A DNA stretch of 64,000 nt from a candidate division FCPU426 bacterium. Its GTDB lineage: Bacteria > Oederibacteriota > Muellerivitia > Muellerivitales > Muellerivitaceae. Below, piece after piece: positions 46,048-54,862 of the stretch. Position 1 is the stretch's first letter. Each line of letters begins with the position of its first letter. A program made the position numbers and the translations under genes. The stretch covers positions 32,001 to 96,000 of the forward strand of contig CAVTWJ010000001.1 of the NCBI GenBank assembly GCA_963738405.1, read 5' to 3'. The notes under the pieces are model-generated. The model saw only the letters and a list, made by a program, of their open reading frames with translations, had not been told where the DNA came from and made no database searches.

Positions 46048-47225
46048 GTTCCCGCCTCGTCGTCACGGGGATGGGGGTCGTCACACCCCTGGGGGCCGAC
46101 ACCGATAAAACTTTTTACCGAATCATGGCCGGGGAAAGGGCCAAGACCCTCTTGGCCGGGAAGGAATGGAAAGGATTCGATAACTTTCCCAGGGCTGCCC
46201 AGGCCCTGGAAGTTTGGATTCCGGAAAGGCTTTTGCAAAGAGATCGATCTCTCCAGTTGGCGGCGGTCGCGGCGCGTGAAGCCTGGAAACAGGCGGGGCT
46301 TTATTCGGTTCCTCCGGAAAAAATCGGCACCACCTTTTCTTCCAGCAAAGGGGGTCTCTTGACCCTCTTGTCCGCCGCCAAGGACCCCGCGACTTCCGAT
46401 TGGGATTTTTTATCTGATTTTTTCCCCGACGCGGGGGGCAAGCTCCTCGCTCAACAATTCGGGTTTTCCGGTCCCCGCCTCTCGGTTTCTTCCGCCTGCT
46501 CCACCGGCATCGCCTCCCTCAGTTTGGCCGCGCGTTTGCTATTGGATCACGAATGCGACGCGGTCATCGCGGGAAGCACTGAATCTTCCATCCATCCCCT
46601 CATCTACGCCGGGTTTGATCAAATGGGCGTTTTGAGCCATGAACCGGACGGTCCCCGCCCCTTTGATGTGGCCCGGGACGGGTTTTTGATGGGCGAAGGC
46701 GCCGGAGTGATGGTGGTGGAAAGGCAAGAGTCTGCGAAGAAACGAAAGGCGAAACCCCTTGCCTATCTTTCGGGTTGGGCCCTGGCGGGGGATACCCACG
46801 CCCCTCTGGAAGTGGACCCGACGGGAAGCAGTATTGTTCACCTCATCCGCCTGGCCCTGGAAAGGGCCAAGCTAAACCCAGGCGATATTGGCTATATTAA
46901 CGCCCATGGAACGGGCACTCACTTTAATGACCTGGTGGAATCCAAGGCGCTTTTGGAGGTGTTTGGTAGGGAAACTTTTGTCAGTTCCACCAAGGGTTCC
47001 ACCGGCCATCTATTAGGGGCGGCGGGAAGCGTGGAGGCCATCCTCAGCGTTATGGCACTCCTGAATGGTTTGTTGCCCCCGACAGCCGGCCTTGAAAACC
47101 CCGATCCCCAATGCAAGGTTCGTCATGTGTCTTCCAAGGGCGCGCATCGAAAGGTGGATCATGTCCTTTCGCTTTCCTATGGTTTTGGGGGACAATTGGG
47201 CGCGGTGATTTTTTCGAAGGTTTGA
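46044..47225 (+). CDS. Beta-ketoacyl-ACP synthase (FabF/FabB paralogue)
   Basis: VVTGMGVVTPLG, SSACSTG (Cys), RPFD..RDGFLMGEGAG, YINAHGTGT, STKGSTGHLLGAAG, SYGFGG. Confidence 0.9.
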   Translation: MSSRLVVTGMGVVTPLGADTDKTFYRIMAGERAKTLLAGKEWKGFDNFPRAAQALEVWIPERLLQRDRSLQLAAVAAREAWKQAGLYSVPPEKIGTTFSSSKGGLLTLLSAAKDPATSDWDFLSDFFPDAGGKLLAQQFGFSGPRLSVSSACSTGIASLSLAARLLLDHECDAVIAGSTESSIHPLIYAGFDQMGVLSHEPDGPRPFDVARDGFLMGEGAGVMVVERQESAKKRKAKPLAYLSGWALAGDTHAPLEVDPTGSSIVHLIRLALERAKLNPGDIGYINAHGTGTHFNDLVESKALLEVFGRETFVSSTKGSTGHLLGAAGSVEAILSVMALLNGLLPPTAGLENPDPQCKVRHVSSKGAHRKVDHVLSLSYGFGGQLGAVIFSKV

Positions 47226-47238
47226 TAGCGGGGAGCGT

Positions 47239-47628
47239 ATGGACGATCCGGAAGAACATCAAGAAGGGTCTATTCGCCCAATAGGAAAGATTTGCGCCGA
47301 GCTTTTCCTGGAGGCCATCGAGGCGGGGGCATCCGAAATCCAAATCAGGCCGGTCGTTGAGCCCTTTAAGGAATCCAGAATTCAGCTTCGCTTGCGGGTG
47401 AAGGGGGAATTGGTCCCGGGAAATACGGACTTGCCCTGGCCCCACTATCGCCACTTGATTTCGCGGTTTAAGAAGATGGGCTCCATGGATGTGGCGGAGC
47501 GGAGAATGCCTCAAAGCGGCCATTTGGTGTTCCAATACAATGGAAAGCACTATCCAATGACCCTGCAGATCCAGCCCATTCTGGAACTCGAAAGTTGTGT
47601 CATTTACCTGGATCAGAAAAAGGTTTAA
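47239..47628 (+). CDS. Stand-alone N2 subdomain of GspE/PilB-type ATPase (no P-loop)
   Basis: EAIEAGASEIQIRP..RLRVKGEL..ISRFKKMGSMDVAERRMPQSG; stops before any Walker A. Confidence 0.7.
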   Translation: MDDPEEHQEGSIRPIGKICAELFLEAIEAGASEIQIRPVVEPFKESRIQLRLRVKGELVPGNTDLPWPHYRHLISRFKKMGSMDVAERRMPQSGHLVFQYNGKHYPMTLQIQPILELESCVIYLDQKKV

Positions 47629-47688
47629 GGTTTTTGGTGGTTCGGAAAAGAAATGATGAAATGCGTCCATTTAAAAAGGGTGGGTTCA

Positions 47689-47973
47689 ATGACTTATAAA
47701 GTGATGGTCGATGATAATTTTGGTTTTATGGACGAGGAAAAGCGATATGCCCATGGCGAGTTCGAGTCCGTGGAAGCGGCCATCGAGGCTTGCAAAAAGA
47801 TCGTCGACGAATGGCTGGAATCTTCCTATAACCCCGGGATAAGTGCCAAGGAGCTTTTCACGGGATACAAGCATTATGGAGTGGACCCGTGGATTTCCGA
47901 GGCCGAAAAGACAACTTTTTCCGCTTGGAAATACGCAGAACAACGCTGCGCTGAGATTTGCTCGAAGGTTTAA
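47689..47973 (+). CDS. Hypothetical protein
   Basis: MTYKVMVDDNF..MDE..RY..GEF...FSAWKYA; coherent 94-aa ORF. Confidence 0.6.
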   Translation: MTYKVMVDDNFGFMDEEKRYAHGEFESVEAAIEACKKIVDEWLESSYNPGISAKELFTGYKHYGVDPWISEAEKTTFSAWKYAEQRCAEICSKV

Positions 47974-48045
47974 ACCCTAACCAGATTTTCTTTTCCCCGT
48001 CCCGCTACCGCCTATAATCTAACGACCCAAGACAAAGGATTTCCC

Positions 48046-50148
48046 ATGCGCTTAAAAGATTTGGGTTTCATTTTGGCCGTCTCGCTGTGTTTCATTGGGA
48101 TGGCGGATCAGGCGGTTTCCAAGACTATGGCAAAAACCTTCCAAAATCCCATCCTGACGGGCTTTCATCCCGATCCCAGCATCTGCCGTGTGGGGGATGA
48201 TTTTTACCTCACCAATTCCACCTTCGAAATGTTTCCGGGCCTTCCTATCTACCACAGCCGCGACCTGGTCCATTGGGCCCCAATCGGAAATGCCCTTAAC
48301 CGCGAAAGCCAACTCCCCTTAAAAGGCGCCACTGACGGGGGCGGGCTTTACGCGCCGACCCTGCGTTATTGGAAGGGGCTCTTTTATCTCACTTGCTGCA
48401 ATATCAGCGGCGGGGGAAATTTCATCGTCACCGCCAAGGACCCCGCGGGCCCCTGGTCCGAACCCGTTTGGCTGGGGGATTACGGCATCGACGGCTCCCT
48501 ATTCTTCGATGAGGACGGGAAGATTTATTACACGAGGGCCGGAACGGAAGGCGAAAACGGCATCTTTCAGGCCGAACTGGACCCTGCCACCTTCAAACCC
48601 ACCGCGCCCTTTAAGTTGATTTGGCAATATCCGGATGAATGGAACGAAGGTCCTCACGTCTATAAGATCAAAGGGAAGTACTACCTCCTCATCGCCGCCG
48701 GGGGAACCGAATCCCATCATCAAGAAGTAGCTGCCCGGGCGGATAGCCCCTGGGGCCCCTTCGAGGCCTGTCCCCACAATCCCATCCTGACCGAGCGGGA
48801 CGATCCCCAAAGCCCCATCCAATGCACGGGCCACGCCGACTTGATCGAGGCCCCGGATAGCACTTGGTGGCTGGTGTTTCTCGGCACCAGGCCACAGAAC
48901 GGAATGTCGGTGCTGGGCCGTGAAACCTTCCTATCCCCAGTCCATTGGACAAAGGGTGAATGGCCGATAGCTGGTAATAACCACCACATAGCGATGGAAA
49001 TGGATGCGCCCCAGTTAAAGCCCTTTCCGGTTCCGCCTCCCCCCACCAAGACCCTCTTTAATACCGCCTCCCTCGGGTTCGAGTGGCTCCATATCCGCAA
49101 TTATGACCCGAAGAATTTCTCGCTCTCCGACCGGAAGGGATTCCTCCGCATCCGCGCCGCCAAGGACAGCCTGGACCTGAAATCGGAAGAACCCGCCTTT
49201 GTGGGTCTTCGCCAAAGCGCCTTTCGGCTCACCGTCCGTACCGAGATGGAATTTGCTCCCGTCCAAGACAGCGAGGAAGCGGGACTTTGCGTGAGGGCCA
49301 ATGACGACAACCATTACGAAATTGGGGTGGGCCAGTTTGACGGCAAGACTCTGGTTTTCGTGCGCAACCGGGTGAAGGCTGAAAGTTTCATGGTCACCCA
49401 AATGCCGGCGCAATCGGGCAAGATCCAATTGGAAATCTCGTGCTTGGAAAACCAGTACCAATTTGCCTATTCCCTGGATGGCAAGGCCTGGACACCCCTA
49501 GCGGCATCGGCCTCGGCCGACTTGTCCAGGGAGAAGGCGGGCGGTTTCACCGGCACGGCGATCGGGCTTTACGCCAGCGCCAACGGCAAAGAATCCACGG
49601 CTTACGCGGATTTCGCCTGGTTTGAAATGGCGCCCGGCGCGGTATCCAAACAGCTGACCAATTTCCAAAAGCCTACCCCAACGCCTCTTGTGCCCCAGGA
49701 CCATTGGCGCATCCGCGCGGGTGGGCAGGATTTTAAGGACAAGGAAGGCTTGAGCTGGTCGCAAGATGTGGGCTTTTCGGAGAGCGATAAAACGGACACC
49801 TCGCGGCCCATTAGCGGAACCTCCGATTCTGAACTTTACCAAACCGAACGCTGGGGCAGTGATTTTGGCTATAACCTGCCGGTGCCGCAGGGCAAGTACA
49901 GGGTTCGTCTCAAGTTCGCCGAGACCTATATCCGCAAAGAAGGCGGTAGGGTTTTTGACATTCTGATTAACGGAAAAAAGGTCCTCGCGCATTTCGATAT
50001 CCTCAAAGAGGCTGGTGCCTTCGATAAGGCCATCGATAAAAGTTTCGCGGATATCCAGCCCGACGCGAATGGGAACATTCAAATTCGATTCGTTTCTTCG
50101 GTCCAGAACGCCAAGGTTTGCGCCGTCGAGATTACGCGCCAACCCTGA
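48046..50148 (+). CDS. GH43 beta-xylosidase/arabinofuranosidase with C-terminal malectin domain
   Basis: NPILTGFHPDPSICRV, YAPTLRY, IDGSLFFD, EGPHVYK, GHADL; malectin LYQTERWG..YRVRLKFAE..RVFDILING..FDI. Confidence 0.92.
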   Translation: MRLKDLGFILAVSLCFIGMADQAVSKTMAKTFQNPILTGFHPDPSICRVGDDFYLTNSTFEMFPGLPIYHSRDLVHWAPIGNALNRESQLPLKGATDGGGLYAPTLRYWKGLFYLTCCNISGGGNFIVTAKDPAGPWSEPVWLGDYGIDGSLFFDEDGKIYYTRAGTEGENGIFQAELDPATFKPTAPFKLIWQYPDEWNEGPHVYKIKGKYYLLIAAGGTESHHQEVAARADSPWGPFEACPHNPILTERDDPQSPIQCTGHADLIEAPDSTWWLVFLGTRPQNGMSVLGRETFLSPVHWTKGEWPIAGNNHHIAMEMDAPQLKPFPVPPPPTKTLFNTASLGFEWLHIRNYDPKNFSLSDRKGFLRIRAAKDSLDLKSEEPAFVGLRQSAFRLTVRTEMEFAPVQDSEEAGLCVRANDDNHYEIGVGQFDGKTLVFVRNRVKAESFMVTQMPAQSGKIQLEISCLENQYQFAYSLDGKAWTPLAASASADLSREKAGGFTGTAIGLYASANGKESTAYADFAWFEMAPGAVSKQLTNFQKPTPTPLVPQDHWRIRAGGQDFKDKEGLSWSQDVGFSESDKTDTSRPISGTSDSELYQTERWGSDFGYNLPVPQGKYRVRLKFAETYIRKEGGRVFDILINGKKVLAHFDILKEAGAFDKAIDKSFADIQPDANGNIQIRFVSSVQNAKVCAVEITRQP

Positions 50149-50179
50149 TTCAAACCATGCCACGACGAGGGTGTAATTT

Positions 50180-50605
50180 ATGAAAACTCCATCGCCCAAA
50201 ATCAAAATCATTTCAGGGGATCATGCCGGATTCCGAAAAAAAGTGGTCCTAAAACTATCAGCCTTCAACGAAAGCAAGGTCGGGCCGGTGGGTTGGAAAG
50301 AGATCGGCTTTGAGGCTAGGGATGGAAAGGGAAGGTTTATCGGCGGTCTAACCGGCTCCACCTATTTGGGCTGGCTCTATGTAGACCTTCTTTTTGTTGA
50401 AGAAAAATACAGGGGCCAAGGAGTGGGGACACACTTGCTCAAAACGGCCGAAACCTGGGCCAAAAAGCGGGGCTGTCATCACGTCAATCTCAACACCATT
50501 ACCTTTCAGGCGCCTGGGTTTTACCGGAAATTGGGGTACAAGGTTTTTGGCAGGCTGTCCTATCCCAAGGGTAACATTCGATATTTTTTGAAGAAAAAGT
50601 TGTAG
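50180..50605 (+). CDS. GNAT family N-acetyltransferase
   Basis: WLYVDLLFV..YRGQGVG, FQAPGFYRKLGY. Confidence 0.9.
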   Translation: MKTPSPKIKIISGDHAGFRKKVVLKLSAFNESKVGPVGWKEIGFEARDGKGRFIGGLTGSTYLGWLYVDLLFVEEKYRGQGVGTHLLKTAETWAKKRGCHHVNLNTITFQAPGFYRKLGYKVFGRLSYPKGNIRYFLKKKL

Positions 50606-50614
50606 GAAGCAGTC

Positions 50615-51601
50615 ATGAAAAAAAGCCTCGACGTTTATCTTTACGGCATGACCGTGCTTTCCACCATCCACCGCTTGCAAGGGTCTTACCCCAAGCCGGA
50701 TTCCTACCAAGAAATCGACCAGACCTATGTCGTTCCCGGCGGGGAAACGGGCAACGCCGCCATTCTCCTGGCCCGGCTGGGGCTACGTGTGCATCCGGAG
50801 GGAGCCCTGCTTGGTTCCGATACCCAAGAAACGATTCTCCGCTTAAACCGCAAGTGGGGTGTGGATTCTTCTGGGTTGAAAACCGACTCCAAGTTCGAAG
50901 GCTGGAAAGACGTGGTTTTGGTGGATGGCCAGCACCGCAACGTGTTTGGTTGGTTCGCGGGTAGGTTCTCTAAAGAAGGCGGGCGGAAATGGACCCTTCC
51001 AAACGCTTCTTATATTAAGAAGGCTAAGATTGTCTCGATTGATCCCTATTTCGGAAAAGAATCAGAAAAAGCCGCCCGCTATTGTCATGAAATGGGGAAA
51101 CCCTATGTCACCCTGGATTGCCCTCCCGAATCCCTTTGCCACCGCTATTCGGCGGTCAATATCCTCTCTCAAGAATTCATCCGCCAGGCTTTTCCAGGGG
51201 CGGACTCCAAGAAACTGATGGGTAAGTATCTTTCCCGGTCGAAAGGTTTAACGGTCTTCACCTTTGGGTCTAAATCCATTTGGTACGCCAGGCCCGGCGG
51301 CCCGGTGCGCCGTTTTACTCCCTATAAAGTAAAGGTGGCGGGTACCTTGGGGGCGGGGGACTCTTTCCGGGCTGGGATGGTTTACGGCCTTTGGCGGGGT
51401 TGGAATGACGAACAAAGTGTGAGATTTTCGGCGGGCCTAGCCGCCTGCGTTTGCCGCAAGTTCCCCGTGGCGCTATATCCCCCGACCCTTCAGGATGTGT
51501 TTCGGCTGACAGGCATAATCGGGAAAAAAACTATAAGGAGACGCCATGAGTTCAACCTGGCCGTTTGTTTTACTCACCACCCTCGCTTTCGGATTCTTTA
51601 A
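50615..51601 (+). CDS. PfkB family carbohydrate kinase
   Basis: PGGETGNAA..LARLG, TFG, TLGAGDSFRAG. Confidence 0.85.
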   Translation: MKKSLDVYLYGMTVLSTIHRLQGSYPKPDSYQEIDQTYVVPGGETGNAAILLARLGLRVHPEGALLGSDTQETILRLNRKWGVDSSGLKTDSKFEGWKDVVLVDGQHRNVFGWFAGRFSKEGGRKWTLPNASYIKKAKIVSIDPYFGKESEKAARYCHEMGKPYVTLDCPPESLCHRYSAVNILSQEFIRQAFPGADSKKLMGKYLSRSKGLTVFTFGSKSIWYARPGGPVRRFTPYKVKVAGTLGAGDSFRAGMVYGLWRGWNDEQSVRFSAGLAACVCRKFPVALYPPTLQDVFRLTGIIGKKTIRRRHEFNLAVCFTHHPRFRIL

Positions 51602-51974
51602 TATTTTCATCCGGGCCGCTGGGCCGAAAATCGGCGGCGTTTTGGGCCCTTTGGTGGTGGAAGGGTTCGCGGCGGCCGTTCTTTTGGCGTTTTTTCTTTG
51701 GCGCAGATTGAACGGGTCGGTGGAGTCGGCAACTTCTTTGGGGGTGGTCTATTCCATGGCGGCCGGTTTTTGCGCCGCCGCCGGTTCGATCGGTTTTTTT
51801 ATCGTCTTCTCCAGGGGCGGGATGCTTTCAGCGGCGGGTTCCTTCGTTTTGATTGGAAGCACTTTGCTGACCATCCTTGCTGGCTTTATCCTTTTTAAAG
51901 AGCCGATCAACGCCTATCGGGTGGTGGGGATCGTATTGGGCCTAATCAGCCTTTACCTCTTGCGTATGGAATAA
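51546..51974 (+). CDS. EamA/DMT family transporter (single repeat)
   Basis: 5 TM helices; ILFKEPI..RVVGIVL; AAGGAG RBS. Confidence 0.8.
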   Translation: MSSTWPFVLLTTLAFGFFNIFIRAAGPKIGGVLGPLVVEGFAAAVLLAFFLWRRLNGSVESATSLGVVYSMAAGFCAAAGSIGFFIVFSRGGMLSAAGSFVLIGSTLLTILAGFILFKEPINAYRVVGIVLGLISLYLLRME

Positions 51975-51992
51975 AAATAAAAGGCATTTGAA

Positions 51993-52586
51993 ATGGATGA
52001 AAACAAAGCAATCAGTCTCCCACCCCAATATCAAGAGATGTTGAAGGCGACCCAGGCGATTGATTTCAAAATGGGTTCGGACCTGCTTACGGGGAACTTC
52101 CTGCGAACCCTGGCCGCATCCAAACCCAAAGGGCAGTTTCTGGAAATTGGGACCGGCACGGGCTTGTCAGCCGCTTGGATATTAAACGGGATGGATTCCC
52201 AATCCGCCTTGTTGTCGGTGGATAACAACCCTGAATGGGTTTCCGTAGCGAAACAATATTTGGGTTCGGATCCCCGGCTGACGATTCACCTGGGGGATGC
52301 CGGAGAAATGATTAAATCTTTAACGGGTCTCAAATATGATTTTATTTTCGCCGATTCATTCCCCGGAAAATATAACACCCTGGAAGAAACGCTTCGGTTG
52401 GTGGCTCCCGGCGGGTTTTATGTGGTGGATGACATGCTTCCTCAGCCCAGTTGGCCTGAAGGCCACCAACAAAAGGTTGACGAATTACTGATGAAATTAG
52501 AAGCGTTGGATGATTTTCAAGTCTGTAAGATGAATTGGTCCACCGGGTTGGTGCTCTGCACCCGCAAAAAGGAAGAAGCGATATGA
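51993..52586 (+). CDS. SAM-dependent O-methyltransferase
   Basis: FLEIGTGTGLS, YDFIFADS, GGFYVVDDM. Confidence 0.88.
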   Translation: MDENKAISLPPQYQEMLKATQAIDFKMGSDLLTGNFLRTLAASKPKGQFLEIGTGTGLSAAWILNGMDSQSALLSVDNNPEWVSVAKQYLGSDPRLTIHLGDAGEMIKSLTGLKYDFIFADSFPGKYNTLEETLRLVAPGGFYVVDDMLPQPSWPEGHQQKVDELLMKLEALDDFQVCKMNWSTGLVLCTRKKEEAI

Positions 52587-52876
52587 AATCCATAGGTCTT
52601 ATTGCCGTAGGGTATTTGATTGCTACGCCCCATGTGTTCTATGCCTGGCGTGATTTGCTCTGGTCGAAAGGTAAAAAGAGCCCGAAAGATCGCCGAAACC
52701 TCTACTGGAACGCCGGCTTGACCACTCTTTTGCTTCTGCTATTGGTGGGTTTGACCGTTGAGACTTTTCAAAACGAATTTTCACTCGTTTGGTGCCTTAC
52801 GCTCGCGTCCATCGTTGCCCTTTTCCTTTTTTGGTCCAATAGCTATATGCCCCGATCGGGAGGGGGGCGGGCATGA
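52583..52876 (+). CDS. Small hypothetical membrane protein
   Basis: ATGA-coupled on both sides; 3 hydrophobic segments. Confidence 0.5.
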   Translation: MKSIGLIAVGYLIATPHVFYAWRDLLWSKGKKSPKDRRNLYWNAGLTTLLLLLLVGLTVETFQNEFSLVWCLTLASIVALFLFWSNSYMPRSGGGRA

Positions 52877-53241
52877 TTCAAACCAAACGGATTTATTCGG
52901 AGCCCCAAGCCAAGGATGGAAAACGCTTCTTGGTGGACCGGCTTTGGCCCAGGGGAATCAAAAAGGAAAAAGCCGCCTTGGCGGGCTGGGTCAGGGAAAT
53001 CGCCCCCAGCGCGGGTTTGAGGAAATGGTTCGGCCATGATCCTGAAAAATGGAAGGAATTCCAAAAGCGTTATGCCCGGGAATTGGACTCCCAACCAGAA
53101 GCCCTCAAGCCCCTCCTGCAGGCGGCCCAAAGGGGCGCTTTGACCCTTTTATTCGCCGCCAAGGACGTCGAACACAACAACGCCGTGGTCCTTCAGCGAT
53201 ATTTGAAAGCCCGGATGGGGCGGGTGAAAACGGCAAGGTGA
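52873..53241 (+). CDS. DUF488 (YeaO-like) protein
   Basis: KRIY..DGKRFLVDRLWPRGIKKE, IAPS..LRKWFGHD, HNNAVVL. Confidence 0.92.
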   Translation: MIQTKRIYSEPQAKDGKRFLVDRLWPRGIKKEKAALAGWVREIAPSAGLRKWFGHDPEKWKEFQKRYARELDSQPEALKPLLQAAQRGALTLLFAAKDVEHNNAVVLQRYLKARMGRVKTAR

Positions 53242-53248
53242 AAGATCG

Positions 53249-53506
53249 ATGAAAATCAAAAAGGCGTTGTCGGCATTCGGCTTGACGATATTCATTTTTG
53301 GCCTTTATGCCGTTTATCTTTGGAAAATAACCTCCAGAATGATTTTGGGTCCGAACCCGGCGACGTCTTATTTGATATTTCACACTTCCGGGCTGGCCAT
53401 TGGTTTCTTTCTGTGTTTCTTTATCCTTTATTTTTCGCTTGGGCTTGTTGAAAAATACCGCGCGGGTAGAAAATTTAAGAATAAACCACGCCGAGGTATC
53501 CCTTGA
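53249..53506 (+). CDS. Small hypothetical membrane protein
   Basis: Two TM helices and a basic tail; fits the operon spacing. Confidence 0.45.
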   Translation: MKIKKALSAFGLTIFIFGLYAVYLWKITSRMILGPNPATSYLIFHTSGLAIGFFLCFFILYFSLGLVEKYRAGRKFKNKPRRGIP

Positions 53507-53602
53507 GCCGGCTTGACGACGCGCGCGGAGAACCGCGCGAACGGGACGGCCAAGGCATCCGGAAAATACCCCGTTTTGTGGAACCCTTGGGGGTGTAATC
53601 GC

Positions 53603-54199
53603 ATGAGAAAAATAATCGTTTTATCCATGATGACGTTGGATGGGGTCATGCAGGCGCCTGGCGGGCCGAAGGAAGATCCATTGGGTGGGTTCAAATATGG
53701 CGGTTGGACCGCGCCTTATGGCGATGAAGTGGGCGGCAAGGTGGTGCAAGAAGAGCTGAAACAACCCGCGGATTATCTTTTGGGCAGAAAGACGTTTGAA
53801 ATTTGGGCCCCTTACTGGCCTCAACACGCGGATTTTTGGCCGGGAATCAACAATGGCACCAAGTACGTCCTGTCCAAGACCCTTAAAAAGACGGATTGGA
53901 AAAACACAGTTTTCCTCAAAAGCCTAGCGGATATCAAAAAGGTCAAAAAATCAAAAGGCCCTGACATTCAAGTTTGGGGCAGCAGCGAACTGATTCAATT
54001 GTTGTTGAAGAATGATTTAGTGGACGAACTCCGGCTCAAAATTTACCCATTGATCCTGGGTAAAGGAAAAAAGTTGTTTGCTGGTGGCGCGGTTCCGGCG
54101 GCCTTTAGGTTAACAAAGAGTTTGGTTACGCCGACCGGTGTGATCATTGCCGCTTACAAGCGATCTGGAAAAGTCAAAACAGGGACCATTGGAAGTTGA
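53603..54199 (+). CDS. Dihydrofolate reductase / RibD C-terminal family protein
   Basis: MRKII..MTLDGVMQAPGG, LLGRKTF, WGSSELIQ, VDEL...PLILGKG. Confidence 0.9.
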   Translation: MRKIIVLSMMTLDGVMQAPGGPKEDPLGGFKYGGWTAPYGDEVGGKVVQEELKQPADYLLGRKTFEIWAPYWPQHADFWPGINNGTKYVLSKTLKKTDWKNTVFLKSLADIKKVKKSKGPDIQVWGSSELIQLLLKNDLVDELRLKIYPLILGKGKKLFAGGAVPAAFRLTKSLVTPTGVIIAAYKRSGKVKTGTIGS

Positions 54200-54221
54200 G
54201 GCCGCAAAGGGGAGGAAGGAC

Positions 54222-54776
54222 ATGAGAAAACTAATCGCGTGTATCAATATGACGCTCGACGGGTTTTGCGACCACACGGCGATGGTCCCGAGCGATGAAG
54301 GAATGGTCTTTTTCAATAACCTGTTGCGCAACGCGGACACCCTTCTGTACGGAAGGATCACCTATCAACTGATGGAAGATTACTGGCCGAAAATGGTAAA
54401 AACCCCGTCAGGGGACAAACTGGACGATGAATTCGCGGTACTCATCGACAATATTAAAAAGATCGTTTTTTCGCGTACCTTGCAAAAGGTTGACTGGAAA
54501 AACTCGATATTGAAAAAGGAAGTTGTTAAAGAAGAGGTTTTGGAACTCAAGAGACAAGCGAGCAAAAACATTTTGGCTGGCAGCCCCAGTTTAATCGTAG
54601 CGTTGGCCCGGCTTGGCTTAGTGGATGAATTTCAGCTTGTTGTTCATCCGGTTATTTTAGGTGGCGGCTTACCCTTGTTTAAAAACATCAGGGATAGGAT
54701 TGATCTTAAGCTCTTAAAAACAAAAACATTAAGTAGCGGCGCGGTGGTTTTTTACTATGAGCCAGTAAAAAAATGA
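54222..54776 (+). CDS. Dihydrofolate reductase / RibD C-terminal family protein
   Basis: MRKLI..NMTLDG, LYGRITY, KIVFSRTL, GSPSL, VDEF..HPVILGGG. Confidence 0.9.
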   Translation: MRKLIACINMTLDGFCDHTAMVPSDEGMVFFNNLLRNADTLLYGRITYQLMEDYWPKMVKTPSGDKLDDEFAVLIDNIKKIVFSRTLQKVDWKNSILKKEVVKEEVLELKRQASKNILAGSPSLIVALARLGLVDEFQLVVHPVILGGGLPLFKNIRDRIDLKLLKTKTLSSGAVVFYYEPVKK

Positions 54777-54862
54777 GTGCATAAGATGGGAAGTTTTCCG
54801 GGAATAGTTGTCCACGACTTGGTTAGGGGTTCTTAACTTCTTAAGGACATTTCTTACGCCGC

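Noticed and set aside
53510..53600. c-di-GMP-I riboswitch-like GGGACGGCCAAGGCATCCGG
   Set aside because: Lacks the GGCAAAC...GAAA P1 and the tetraloop-receptor elements; the resemblance is partial only.
47226..54860. Integron cassette array
   Set aside because: Genes are co-oriented, but many overlap or abut and I find no repeated RYYYAAC...GTTRRRY attC hairpins or integrase.
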